39,482 nucleotides of DNA from assembly GCA_028821845.1 (NCBI GenBank), contig JAPKEZ010000002.1, forward strand, positions 1 through 39,482, given 5' to 3'. Position numbers and translations under genes: made by a program. The notes beneath the pieces were generated by a model. It was not told the origin of the DNA. It did no database searches and saw only the letters and a program-made list of their open reading frames with translations. Below, in pieces: positions 17,467 to 27,413 of this stretch (within the stretch, counting starts at the first letter, position 1; every line of letters begins with the position of its first letter). This DNA is from Planctomycetota bacterium (GTDB lineage: Bacteria; Planctomycetota; UBA1135).

Positions 17467-19175
17467 TGACTACCACCCAGCCACTTCACGGCCTCGACGC
17501 CTTCGCCTTGCCCATTCGTCAAGCAGTTTGTGCTGCCCTCGATGTTAATCTCGATTTGATTTCACTCGAACGACCACGGCAAGAAGAGTTGGGAGAATTT
17601 GCGTTGCCATGTTTTCGTTTCGCGAAGCAAGCGCAAATGTCGCCACCTGCTTTGACAGCGAAATTGGCAGACGAATTGAGTATCGACAACGTCACCTGCG
17701 AGGCCGTTGGCCCGTTTTTGAATTTCAGAATTGGGGCAAAGGCATTGGCGCAAGCCATTGTCACTTCGGCACAGAGCAGCACTTATGCTGGCGGAGATGA
17801 AGGCTTAACGACTCTAGTTGAATTCTCGTCACCAAATATTGCCAAGCCAATGCACGTCGGGCATATGCGCACCACTGTAATTGGTGCAGCGCTTAGTCGC
17901 ATTTTTTCCCACCTTGGCCACGACGTAAAACGAATAAATCACCTCGGCGACTGGGGGTCACAGTTTGGCAAATTAGTAGCCGCATGGCAACGTTGGGGCA
18001 GCGAAGAAGAACTAAACGCTACACCTATTGAGCACCTACTCGAGTTGTATGTGCGTTACCACAAGGAAGAAAAGGAAGACGAAACTCTAGCGGCTGATTC
18101 AAAGAAGTCTTTCCAAGAGCTAGAATCTGGCGAAGAAAACAAAACGCGCGCTACTTGGAGAAAATTCACTGATATTTCGTTGGCTGAATTCAATAAAGTT
18201 TACGCCCGCTTTGGCATCGAGTTTGACTACTTACGCGGCGAGTCTTGGTACGAGGACCAACTCAACGACATGATTACTTGGTTGGACGAATGCGGCGTAA
18301 CTGAATTATCAGATGGCGCAACTATCGTAAATCTTGAAGAGCAGGGTATTAAAACCCCAAGCTTGGTCAAGACTGCTCATGGTACAACTCTATACGCCAC
18401 TCGCGACTTAGCAGCTGCTAAATCGCGCTGGGAAGAATTCTCTTTCGACCAATCGCTGTATGTCGTTGGCGCCGAACAAACGCTGCATTTCCAGCAATTA
18501 AAGGCGGTACTGTCCCGTTGCGGGGTCGAGTGGGAACAACGCATGGAACACATTCCTTTTGGCTTGATTCGCCTTACCGAGGGTAAACTGTCTACGCGCG
18601 AAGGGCGAGTCATTGCCCTGAGTGACGTGCTCGATCGCTCGGTTGAACTTGCCGCTAAATCAATCGAAGAAAAAAATCCTGAGCTACCAAACAAAGAATT
18701 AGTTGCCGAGCAAATTGGTTTAGGTGCGATTGTGTTTCACGACCTCAAGCACCAGCGCCAAAAAGATGTGGTGTTCGACTGGAAAGAAGTTTTATCTTTC
18801 GAGGGCGACACAGGCCCGTATCTGCAATACACTCACGCCAGGTGTTGCTCGATTTTACGTCGCGCCGACAAAGATGTACCAAGCATCAACGACATTGATT
18901 TTTCAATACTAGAGGGTGGGCGTGAACTTTGGGTTGCCATTGGGCGCCTGCCGCAAGCCACCCGCGAAGCTGCTATTAAACGCGAACCGATGTTGATTGC
19001 TAACGCATTGTTGAAAATAGCTGCAGCGGGGAACGGTTTTTATCGTGACAACCAAGTATTGGGCACGGGCGATGATAATTTAGAAAGCGCGCGTCTAGTT
19101 GCGATTGATACTTTGCGTAAAACATTGGCGCTTGGCATGCGGTTACTTGGTGTGCCTGCTCCGCAAGAAATGTAA
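17466..19175 (+). CDS. argS: Arginyl-tRNA synthetase
   Basis: Motifs VEFSSPNIAKPMHVGH, NHLGDWGSQFG, GKLSTREG and FEGDTGPYLQYTHAR. Confidence 0.97.
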   Translation: MTTTQPLHGLDAFALPIRQAVCAALDVNLDLISLERPRQEELGEFALPCFRFAKQAQMSPPALTAKLADELSIDNVTCEAVGPFLNFRIGAKALAQAIVTSAQSSTYAGGDEGLTTLVEFSSPNIAKPMHVGHMRTTVIGAALSRIFSHLGHDVKRINHLGDWGSQFGKLVAAWQRWGSEEELNATPIEHLLELYVRYHKEEKEDETLAADSKKSFQELESGEENKTRATWRKFTDISLAEFNKVYARFGIEFDYLRGESWYEDQLNDMITWLDECGVTELSDGATIVNLEEQGIKTPSLVKTAHGTTLYATRDLAAAKSRWEEFSFDQSLYVVGAEQTLHFQQLKAVLSRCGVEWEQRMEHIPFGLIRLTEGKLSTREGRVIALSDVLDRSVELAAKSIEEKNPELPNKELVAEQIGLGAIVFHDLKHQRQKDVVFDWKEVLSFEGDTGPYLQYTHARCCSILRRADKDVPSINDIDFSILEGGRELWVAIGRLPQATREAAIKREPMLIANALLKIAAAGNGFYRDNQVLGTGDDNLESARLVAIDTLRKTLALGMRLLGVPAPQEM

Positions 19176-19176
19176 T

Positions 19177-19698
19177 ATGGCTATCGACTTAAAATCTTTT
19201 GTGCGCGACATCCCAGACTATCCTACCCCAGGGATTGTCTTCAAAGACATTACACCATTACTGCAAAACGCCGATGCCTTGCGCCAAGCAATTGCGGAGA
19301 TGGTGGTTATCGCCAAACAATACGATATTACGCATATCGCCGGCATTGAGTCCCGCGGCTTCATTTTTGGCACTGCCCTTGCCGTTGAGTTGGGTTCAGG
19401 ATTTTTACCAATCCGTAAGCCAGGAAAACTGCCTTGGAAGACTTTCGCCGAAGCTTACGATCTAGAATATGGTAGAGATAAGCTCGAAATTCACGTTGAT
19501 GCCGCTGCGGCTGGCGAAAGGGTACTCTTAATCGACGATTTAATAGCAACCGGTGGTACTGCCGGGGCCGCAGTAAAGCTAATACGCCATACTGGTGCAG
19601 AAGTTGTGGCGTGCTGTGTGCTAATCGAGCTCGAATTCCTGAATGGCTTCGAAAAAATGCACGGTGTGCCGCTGCATTCGCTTATTAAAATTAGTTGA
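19177..19698 (+). CDS. apt: Adenine phosphoribosyltransferase
   Basis: Motifs PDYP.PGI.FKDITP, ESRGF, RKPGKLP, YDLEYG and LIDDLIATGGT. ATG at 19177. Confidence 0.96.
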   Translation: MAIDLKSFVRDIPDYPTPGIVFKDITPLLQNADALRQAIAEMVVIAKQYDITHIAGIESRGFIFGTALAVELGSGFLPIRKPGKLPWKTFAEAYDLEYGRDKLEIHVDAAAAGERVLLIDDLIATGGTAGAAVKLIRHTGAEVVACCVLIELEFLNGFEKMHGVPLHSLIKIS

Positions 19699-19741
19699 GC
19701 TAAGTGTAGCGACTGGGCTCTGCCTACAATAAACTTTGACT

Positions 19742-20524
19742 ATGGCTGATGCCACCACCGACCCTGCAGGCGCCCCGCAAGTTTCTACCGAAGAACTTTG
19801 GGTAGAGCTGAAACGTACTAACGATGATGAAATTCGTCATGAGATTGTGCGTCGCCATCAACCCTTGGTGCGCTACCTTGCCGAACACATGGCTCGAAAA
19901 TTGCCGCGCTCGGTTGACGCCGACGATCTGGCGCAGGAGGGTTCATTCGGGTTAATGGATGCCATCAATAAATTTGACCCCGAGCGAGGCATTAAATTCA
20001 AAACCTATTGCTCTACGCGAATTCGTGGAGCGATTCTCGATTCGTTACGTGCGCAAGATTGGGTACCGCGCTTAACTCGACAACGCGCGGTGAAGATACA
20101 AAAATTCACTGCCGATTTTGTAGAAGAAAACGGACGCGAGCCATCACTAGAAGAGATAGCAGAAACTCTTGATATCCCAATGAAGGCGGTTAAAAACGCG
20201 CAACCATTGGCAATGAATCAAGCATCGGATCGCCGTCCACAGCCTAACGAAGATTACGATAACAATCTCGATAGCATTAGCGAATCTAAAGAAGACAACC
20301 CCTTCGATTCAGCGAATAAGAAGGATTTAGTAGCGGTTATTACCAATGAACTTGGCGAAAAAGAGCGTTCAATCCTGCAGATGTATTACATTCAGGGTTT
20401 GACTTTGCGTGAGATTGGCAGCGCGTTATCAATTACTGAATCGCGTGTTTGTCAAATTCACTCTAACGTGATTAAACGCCTGCGCACTAAGCTTAAAGGC
20501 GATGCCGACAAGTTCTCAGCTTAA
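19742..20524 (+). CDS. fliA: FliA/WhiG-family (sigma-28) RNA polymerase sigma factor
   Basis: Motifs DDL.QEG.FGL, FDPERGIKFKTY, RIRGAILD.LR..DWVPR and TLREIG..L.ITESRVCQIH. Start is 19736 (TTG) or 19742 (ATG). Confidence 0.9.
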   Translation: MADATTDPAGAPQVSTEELWVELKRTNDDEIRHEIVRRHQPLVRYLAEHMARKLPRSVDADDLAQEGSFGLMDAINKFDPERGIKFKTYCSTRIRGAILDSLRAQDWVPRLTRQRAVKIQKFTADFVEENGREPSLEEIAETLDIPMKAVKNAQPLAMNQASDRRPQPNEDYDNNLDSISESKEDNPFDSANKKDLVAVITNELGEKERSILQMYYIQGLTLREIGSALSITESRVCQIHSNVIKRLRTKLKGDADKFSA

Positions 20525-21296
20525 GCGGCTGATCGCTAAATTGCCTGCGCGTCGTTTGTTCGCGCGCGACATCGAAGTTGTTAAGGAATGCGATTCAACC
20601 AACGACGAATTAAAACAGCGCATCGTTGCCGGAGAAAATATGGGCAACACTTTGTTGGTTGCTCACCATCAGCAGTCGGGGCGCGGTCGCTCAGCACGAG
20701 ATTGGTGGTCCGGCGACGCAGGCGACAATTTATGTTTTAGTCTAGGATTGCGCTATAAAAATATGCCGCCGCATGTTGTTGGCCTAATTGGTGCCGTTGC
20801 GTTAGCTGATGTTTGCCAGCAATTGTTGCCCAATGAACAACTGGCTATAAAGTGGCCGAATGACATTCTACTGAACTCTGCGAAGATGGCTGGGTTTTTA
20901 TGTGAGTTGCCCGCGGGTGGCGACACACTCGTGTTGGGATTAGGCGTAAACGTTCGCACTAAACCCTCAGGCGCGGACATCCCCTATTCGGTCGCTTGCT
21001 TGAATGAGTTCGGTGTAAGCTCCGAACCACTCGAATTGCTTGCATTGGTGATTTTTCGTTTCGAGGAGCTAATGATTCGCTATCAGCGTTGCGGCAGTGC
21101 TGATTTCGAATGCCGCTTTTTGAATTATTTGCAGAATTGGGCACCAAATGGTGTGCGAAATCCGTCTAACCAAAAGGTGGGCGCGTTGTTAAAATTCTCG
21201 GTCACAAATGGCTTGTCCCTTGATGTTGATGGTGAGCAGTTCACCCAACCAATGGAAACCATAAATTGCCTCGAAAGGATTGACCATGCCACGTAA
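20502..21296 (+). CDS. birA: Biotin--[acetyl-CoA-carboxylase] ligase without an N-terminal HTH
   Basis: Motifs STN, Q..GRGR..R.W, IKWPNDI, K.AG.L.E and GLGVNV. Confidence 0.88.
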   Translation: MPTSSQLKRLIAKLPARRLFARDIEVVKECDSTNDELKQRIVAGENMGNTLLVAHHQQSGRGRSARDWWSGDAGDNLCFSLGLRYKNMPPHVVGLIGAVALADVCQQLLPNEQLAIKWPNDILLNSAKMAGFLCELPAGGDTLVLGLGVNVRTKPSGADIPYSVACLNEFGVSSEPLELLALVIFRFEELMIRYQRCGSADFECRFLNYLQNWAPNGVRNPSNQKVGALLKFSVTNGLSLDVDGEQFTQPMETINCLERIDHAT

Positions 21297-22011
21297 CGAT
21301 TCCCGTACTCCTACTGACTTACGCCCACTGAAGTTCACGCGCAAATTCACCAACCATCCTGCAGGATCTGTTCTGGTTGAAGCCGGGCAAACTCGTGTGT
21401 TGTGCACCGTCACCGTCACCGAAAGCGTACCTCGCTGGCGCCAAGGCTCTGGCAAAGGTTGGCTCACTGCCGAATACGCGATGTTACCCGGTTCGGTGGT
21501 TGGTCGCAAAAAGCGCGAGCACGATCGTCGCGACGGTCGATCCGTTGAGATTCAACGCTTAATCGGACGCGCGCTGCGCGCTGCGATTGATATGCGCTCT
21601 TTCCCCAATGTTACCCTACAGGTCGATTGCGATGTTTTGCAAGCCGATGGTGGTACTAGATGCGCGTCAATATGCGGTGCCATGATGGCGCTCAGCGACG
21701 CAGCGCATCACTTGAACGACAATGGGAAACTAAAGTCATGGCCAATCAAGCATTGGCTTGCAGCTGTGTCCGTTGGCCATGTTGGCGGTCGCGCGTTGCT
21801 TGACTTAGATTACTGCGAAGACTCGACTGCCGATGTTGATATGAATGTTATTGCGACAGAAAGCAACCAAATAGTCGAAGTGCAGGGAGCTGCCGAGGGC
21901 GAACCGTTTTCTTTAGACGTTCACCACGAGTTACTTTCACTGGCCATGAAAGGCACCGCCGCCATCATCGCACAGATGAAAGAATTATCCGCCGATAAAA
22001 CCGAAGTATGA
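21286..22011 (+). CDS. rph: Ribonuclease PH
   Basis: Motifs GWLTAEYAMLP, GRSVEIQRLIGR, QADGGTRCASI and LDLDY.EDS.ADVDMNV. Confidence 0.96.
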   Translation: MPRNDSRTPTDLRPLKFTRKFTNHPAGSVLVEAGQTRVLCTVTVTESVPRWRQGSGKGWLTAEYAMLPGSVVGRKKREHDRRDGRSVEIQRLIGRALRAAIDMRSFPNVTLQVDCDVLQADGGTRCASICGAMMALSDAAHHLNDNGKLKSWPIKHWLAAVSVGHVGGRALLDLDYCEDSTADVDMNVIATESNQIVEVQGAAEGEPFSLDVHHELLSLAMKGTAAIIAQMKELSADKTEV

Positions 22012-22634
22012 GCCAACGCATCCTGCTTGCCTCGAGTAATTCTAAAAAACTGGCTGAGCTGCAATCACTATGTGAAGGTTTAGATATTGATATCCTCTCA
22101 CTGGGAGATATTGACGCCGAGCTGCCAGACGTTATTGAAGACGGCGATGATTTCCTAGCGAACGCTAGCAAGAAAGCTATCGAGTTTAGTGATTTTGCAT
22201 CTAAGCATTTAGGTGACGATGTCTGGACGCTTGCCGACGACTCTGGCTTATGCGCCGATTATTTAGACGGCGCTCCAGGTATTTACTCTGCGCGTTATGC
22301 TGGTGATGATAGCCCGCAGCGAGACCAGTCGAACAATGACAAGCTGTTAAGGGAAATGCGAAATGCGACTGGCGACCAGCGTAAGGCCGCATTTTGGTGT
22401 GTGATTGCTGTGGCTCATCAAGGTCAGGTGTTATTTGCCGTCGAAGGCAGCGTTAACGGCAACATTTTGCACGAAGCTGACGGAGAAGGCGGATTTGGTT
22501 ACGACCCAGTGTTTTATCATGTAGAATCTGCATCTAGCTTCTCCAATCTCACCCCTGAAGCGAAGTCACGAATTAGCCACCGTGGGCAGGCGATTGCGCG
22601 ATTGCGTAACGTATTAGAATCGGTAGCTAAATAA
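22008..22634 (+). CDS. rdgB: Non-canonical purine NTP pyrophosphatase (RdgB/HAM1)
   Basis: Motifs AS.N..K..E, ADDSGL, GAPGIYSARY, GFGYDPVF and SHRG. Confidence 0.95.
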   Translation: MSQRILLASSNSKKLAELQSLCEGLDIDILSLGDIDAELPDVIEDGDDFLANASKKAIEFSDFASKHLGDDVWTLADDSGLCADYLDGAPGIYSARYAGDDSPQRDQSNNDKLLREMRNATGDQRKAAFWCVIAVAHQGQVLFAVEGSVNGNILHEADGEGGFGYDPVFYHVESASSFSNLTPEAKSRISHRGQAIARLRNVLESVAK

Positions 22635-22637
22635 GTC

Positions 22638-24446
22638 ATGAGCAAATCATTCCCTCCCGAGCGCATTCGCAACTTTTCGATTATCGCGCATATCGACCAT
22701 GGTAAATCTACTTTGGCCGACCGCTTTTTAGAAATGACCGGCGCTGTTGACAGCCGCAATAAACAGGCGCAGCAACTCGATTCAATGGATATCGAGCGTG
22801 AACGTGGTATTACCATTAAAGCTGCTGCTGTGTCATTAACGACAACGGTCGATGGCGAAGAGTATCTGCTAAATCTTATCGATACTCCGGGGCACGTTGA
22901 CTTCGCTTATGAAGTTGAAAAATCTTTGCAAGCATGTGAGGGAGCGGTGTTGTTGATTGACGCAGCGCAGGGAATTCAAGCGCAAACTGTGGCGAATGCC
23001 ATGCTAGCGATGGAGCAAGACATGACCATCATCCCGGTGTTTAACAAAGTCGATTTACCACACGCGCGCCCCGAGGAATTCGCGGGCGAGCTTGAAAATA
23101 CACTATTGCTTGAGCCAGAGCTGGCGCTGCACTGTTCAGCAAAAACGGGGCAAGGCGTTGACACCATCATCGAGAGTATTATCGATCGCATCGAGCATCC
23201 ACAAGGCGACCCTGACGCGCCACTGCAGGCTTTGATCTTTGACGCTAAGTACGACGAATACCGTGGCATTGTGGTTTATCTTAGAATTATCAATGGCACT
23301 TTGCGTAAAGGCGATATCGCGCACACTATTGGTGTTGGCGCCGACTACGAAGCTGTTGATATCGGAAAGTTTATGCCGAAGATGGTGCCACACGATATCT
23401 TGTCAGTAGGAGAAGTTGGTTACTTCATCTCGAACATCAAGAAACTAGAAGACGTCCGCGTTGGTGACACTATAACTGTTGCTAAGGGTGAGCAAGCGGA
23501 TGCGCTTAAAGGTTATCGCGAGCCGCAGCCGATGGTGTGGTGTGGCGTGTTCCCAGTTAGCTCGGGCGATTTCGAAAATCTGCGCTCTGCATTAAATCAA
23601 CTAAAGCTGAACGATTCATCCATTATTTTCGAGCCAGAATCTTCTGAGGCCTTGGGCTTTGGTTTCCGTTGTGGTTTTCTTGGCTTGCTACACATGGAAA
23701 TAGTACAAGAGCGACTAGAACGCGAATCTGGTTTGAGCGTAGTACAAACTGCGCCATCGGTGCCGTACCAAATCGTATTGAAAGACGGTTCCGTAAAAGA
23801 TATTCGCTCGCCTGGAGCGTTGCCCGACCCTAATTTGTTCGAAGATATTCAAGAGCCAATTGTTAGCACCAATATTTTGGTACCTACCGAGTCAATTGGC
23901 GCCATCATGTCACTGTGTGCGGAACGCCGAGGGACATTCCTCCGCCAAGACCATCTATCGGCAAACCGCGTAATGCTCACCTGGGATTTGCCTCTCGCTG
24001 AAATAATTTACGACTTCTACGACAAGCTAAAATCTGGTACTAAAGGTTACGGCACAATGAACTTCGAGCCGCCAAGGTTTGAATCGGCCAACTTGGTCAA
24101 GCTGCGCATTCTTGTTTCCGGCAACGATGCTGACGCGCTGTCCACTATTTGTCACGCCGACAATGCTCAGCGACGCGGACGCGCTGTACTCAAGGTGTTG
24201 CGCAAAGAAATTCCGCGTCATCAGTTTGAGATATCGTTACAAGCTGCCGTTGGCGGGAAGATTTTAGCGCGCGAGAACATCCGTGCCCTGTCAAAAAATG
24301 TTACGGCTAAATGCTATGGTGGTGACATTACTCGCAAGCGTAAACTATTGTCTAAACAAAAAGAAGGCAAGAAGCGGATGAAGAGTATCGGCAATGTTGA
24401 AGTGCCGCAAAAAGCATTTTTGTCTGTGCTTACTACCGATGAATAA
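22638..24446 (+). CDS. lepA: Translation elongation factor 4
   Basis: Motifs IRNFSIIAHIDHGKSTLADR, DTPGH, GFRCGFLGLLH and KCYGGDITRKRKLL. Confidence 0.98.
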   Translation: MSKSFPPERIRNFSIIAHIDHGKSTLADRFLEMTGAVDSRNKQAQQLDSMDIERERGITIKAAAVSLTTTVDGEEYLLNLIDTPGHVDFAYEVEKSLQACEGAVLLIDAAQGIQAQTVANAMLAMEQDMTIIPVFNKVDLPHARPEEFAGELENTLLLEPELALHCSAKTGQGVDTIIESIIDRIEHPQGDPDAPLQALIFDAKYDEYRGIVVYLRIINGTLRKGDIAHTIGVGADYEAVDIGKFMPKMVPHDILSVGEVGYFISNIKKLEDVRVGDTITVAKGEQADALKGYREPQPMVWCGVFPVSSGDFENLRSALNQLKLNDSSIIFEPESSEALGFGFRCGFLGLLHMEIVQERLERESGLSVVQTAPSVPYQIVLKDGSVKDIRSPGALPDPNLFEDIQEPIVSTNILVPTESIGAIMSLCAERRGTFLRQDHLSANRVMLTWDLPLAEIIYDFYDKLKSGTKGYGTMNFEPPRFESANLVKLRILVSGNDADALSTICHADNAQRRGRAVLKVLRKEIPRHQFEISLQAAVGGKILARENIRALSKNVTAKCYGGDITRKRKLLSKQKEGKKRMKSIGNVEVPQKAFLSVLTTDE

Positions 24447-24451
24447 TTTTC

Positions 24452-25864
24452 ATGTCTAAGAAAAAAGAAAAATCGAAGCATCCTTTTCGCGAGAACATCG
24501 AAGTGGTGTTGTTTGCGATTATAATGGCCATGGGTCTAAAGGTGTTTGCGATTGAGGCTTATCAAATACCAACTGGTTCAATGCAGCCGACATTAATGGG
24601 TACCGAACTGCTTGACCCGGCGACCAAGCTCCCTGATGGCCGTTTGAATGACAGAGTATTGGTTGACAAAATTTCTTATTTTTTCAGAGATCCGCAACGC
24701 TGGGAAGTAGTAGTTTTCCGTTACCCTCTACTTACGCATAACAACTACGTTAAGCGAGTAGTTGGCTTGCCCAACGAACAGCTCTGGATTGACGGCGGCA
24801 ATTTATATGTACGCGAGCTGGACAGTGACGACGATTTTGTCGTTTTAACTAAGCCATGGAAAGTCATGCAAAACATTTGGAAGAAAGTTTTGCCCGGTGT
24901 AGGCGACGACCCTACTCAATGGCATGGCTGGAGCACAACTGGCGAGGCAGAGTCGAACGACTACGGGCACATTGTTTTTAGCGGCAATGGTAAAACCGAA
25001 TACGCGTCGAGCATTCGTAACGGTTACCTGCACGGCTACCCCGACGAAATTTATTTTTCGGTGCCGAATACGTCATCCCGCTCACGCGAAGTTGTCGGCG
25101 ACTTGCGCTTACAGTTTCAGTTAAACGGTCAGCAGGCAACTGGTACCATAGATGTCGGATTAGAGCTTGGCAACCATATTCTCAGTGCAATGTTTGATGC
25201 CTCTGGCTCACTTGTCTTGTCACTACCTACTGGCGGGAAACGCACCATAGATATCCCGGCTCACCTTAACGCCGAGGTCGATATCGCATTCTGGGATCAC
25301 CATTTACGTGTAGCGTTGGGTGACGAAGTTGTGTTTGACGAGACTCTTGATATTGAGCCGCACACCACGAAACTTCCCCGCAACCGCATGAATTTTACTG
25401 TTCAAGGAAGCCAATGGATATTAAGTCCCGTAAAGGTGTCGCGCGATATCCACTATTTGCCTCCGCGTCAAAACGCAGCCCCGGTCTTTGGAATAACCAA
25501 GGGTAACTATTTTATGATGGGCGACAACACCCAGAACTCTTTAGACAGTCGCGATTGGCAACGAGAAACTTTTAGTTACGATAACGGCAATGACGCGCCT
25601 TTCAAAGTTGCGGGCGATTATCTGAAACACGGTTCTGACCCGATGTATAACAATCCGCGCTGGAACATTAGCCATGACATCATGACGCTGCGTGACGAAT
25701 TCGGGAACATCCACACCCTTGACGGAGATACCGTCAAGCAATCTGCAGATATTCTGCAACATGCCCCGTTGGTGCCACGTAATTACATGCTAGGCCGCGC
25801 GTTGGCTGTGTTTATGCCGCTAAAACCACTCTCTCCCACTAACCGTTTTAACTGGATCCAATAA
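24452..25864 (+). CDS. lepB: Signal peptidase I with a large insertion
   Basis: Motifs IPTGSMQPTL (Ser), YVKRVVGLP (Lys) and YFMMGDN..NS.DSR.W. Confidence 0.92.
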   Translation: MSKKKEKSKHPFRENIEVVLFAIIMAMGLKVFAIEAYQIPTGSMQPTLMGTELLDPATKLPDGRLNDRVLVDKISYFFRDPQRWEVVVFRYPLLTHNNYVKRVVGLPNEQLWIDGGNLYVRELDSDDDFVVLTKPWKVMQNIWKKVLPGVGDDPTQWHGWSTTGEAESNDYGHIVFSGNGKTEYASSIRNGYLHGYPDEIYFSVPNTSSRSREVVGDLRLQFQLNGQQATGTIDVGLELGNHILSAMFDASGSLVLSLPTGGKRTIDIPAHLNAEVDIAFWDHHLRVALGDEVVFDETLDIEPHTTKLPRNRMNFTVQGSQWILSPVKVSRDIHYLPPRQNAAPVFGITKGNYFMMGDNTQNSLDSRDWQRETFSYDNGNDAPFKVAGDYLKHGSDPMYNNPRWNISHDIMTLRDEFGNIHTLDGDTVKQSADILQHAPLVPRNYMLGRALAVFMPLKPLSPTNRFNWIQ

Positions 25865-25865
25865 G

Positions 25866-26594
25866 ATGAGCATTATTCTAGAGACTAAAGGAGTCAGTAA
25901 ATCATTCAAAGGTCGCTCTGTTGTTAACGGTATCAATTTAGTCGTTAACGATGGAGAAATAGTTGGCCTGCTTGGGCCTAACGGCGCTGGCAAGACTACT
26001 ACTTTTAATATGTGCATGGGAATGGTTACTCCCGACAGTGGGCAAATTTTGTTGCACAACGAAAACGTTACTGACATGCAAATATACCAGCGTGCACGCC
26101 GCGGCTTAGGTTACTTGGCTCAAGAGGCTTCAGTCTTTCGCAAGCTATCGGTTGCTGATAATATTCTTGCCGTGCTTGAGACTTTGTCACTAAATAAAAT
26201 TGAGCGCCAGCAAAAGTGCGACGCTCTACTCGACGAGTTTGGTCTAACTCATTTACGTGATAGCATGGGAGAAGTTCTATCTGGTGGCGAGCGCAGACGC
26301 GTTGAAATTGCGCGCGCTCTGGCGACTAGCCCTAAATTGATTTTACTAGACGAGCCCTTCAGTGGCGTAGACCCCATTGCCGTTGAAGACATTCAATCTA
26401 TTTTGATGCAGCTACAAGCAAAAGGCATTGCTATCTTGCTAACCGACCATAATGTACGCGAAACGCTCAGCATTACTAACCGCTCATACATTTTGTCATC
26501 CGGTACGGTTCTCGCAGAGGGAACAGCGGAAGAATTAGTGCATAATAGTGCCGTGCGGGAGGCTTATTTAGGCGAGAATTTCGAGTTAAGATAA
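25866..26594 (+). CDS. lptB: LPS export ABC transporter ATP-binding protein
   Basis: Motifs GPNGAGKTT, YLAQE.SVFRKL, LSGGERRRVEIAR, LLDEPFSGVDP and TDHNVRETL. Confidence 0.95.
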   Translation: MSIILETKGVSKSFKGRSVVNGINLVVNDGEIVGLLGPNGAGKTTTFNMCMGMVTPDSGQILLHNENVTDMQIYQRARRGLGYLAQEASVFRKLSVADNILAVLETLSLNKIERQQKCDALLDEFGLTHLRDSMGEVLSGGERRRVEIARALATSPKLILLDEPFSGVDPIAVEDIQSILMQLQAKGIAILLTDHNVRETLSITNRSYILSSGTVLAEGTAEELVHNSAVREAYLGENFELR

Positions 26595-26663
26595 AGCACG
26601 TCATCCGCGAAAATGGTGGCGAGGGTAGAATATCGCGCCCCCAGTCACACGATATACCTTGTC

Positions 26664-27401
26664 ATGGAAATTTTTAGCTTCGTTAAACGCGTCCCTTCCA
26701 CAACCGCTAATGTGGAAATAAAAGACCAGCAACTCGACACCTCAGGCTGCGAGTTTGAGATCAATCCTTACGACCGCTTCGCTGTTGAAGAAGGTTTGCG
26801 CCAAAAAGAGGCTGCCGGCGGCGGCAACGTCACCGCTATTAGTTTTGGCGACGATGCGGCGCAAAAAGAATTACGCACAACTTTAGCGATGGGCGCCGAC
26901 GCGGCTTTACTGCTGAAAAATGACGCGGCTGATTCTGCCGACGCGGCCACTACTGCCAAGGTGATTGCTGCTGCAATCGGCGAGCGCAGTTTTGATTTGC
27001 TGTTGTTTGGTAAGCAAGCAGTCGGCCACGATCAACACGGAGTTGGCGCAGGCGTTGCGACTCGCTTGGGTATTCCTTGTATCACCGAAGTAATCTCTTT
27101 AAGTATTTCCGATGGCCAGGTTACTGCGCAGCGCGGTGTCGAAGGGGCACTTGAAACTATTGCTGCAAGCTTACCTTGCGCAATTACTTGTCAAAAGGGT
27201 CTTAACGAACCACGCCTTGCTTCATTGAAGGGTATCATGGCCGCGAAGAAGAAGCCGCTGGAATCTGTCGAAGTCGAAATACCGGCGTTGGCACTCATTG
27301 TCGAATCTACTCAACCACCAGCTTCTCGCCCGGCAGGACGCATCGTTAATAACGCTGCCGAATTGGTCGACGCTCTTCGCAACGAAGCAAAAGTTCTATA
27401 A
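26664..27401 (+). CDS. etfB: Electron transfer flavoprotein beta subunit
   Basis: Motifs VKRVP, INPYD.FAVEE, LAMGAD, GKQA and NEPR.ASL.GIMAAKKK. ATG at 26664. Confidence 0.94.
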   Translation: MEIFSFVKRVPSTTANVEIKDQQLDTSGCEFEINPYDRFAVEEGLRQKEAAGGGNVTAISFGDDAAQKELRTTLAMGADAALLLKNDAADSADAATTAKVIAAAIGERSFDLLLFGKQAVGHDQHGVGAGVATRLGIPCITEVISLSISDGQVTAQRGVEGALETIAASLPCAITCQKGLNEPRLASLKGIMAAKKKPLESVEVEIPALALIVESTQPPASRPAGRIVNNAAELVDALRNEAKVL

Positions 27402-27413
27402 GAGGTACATTAA

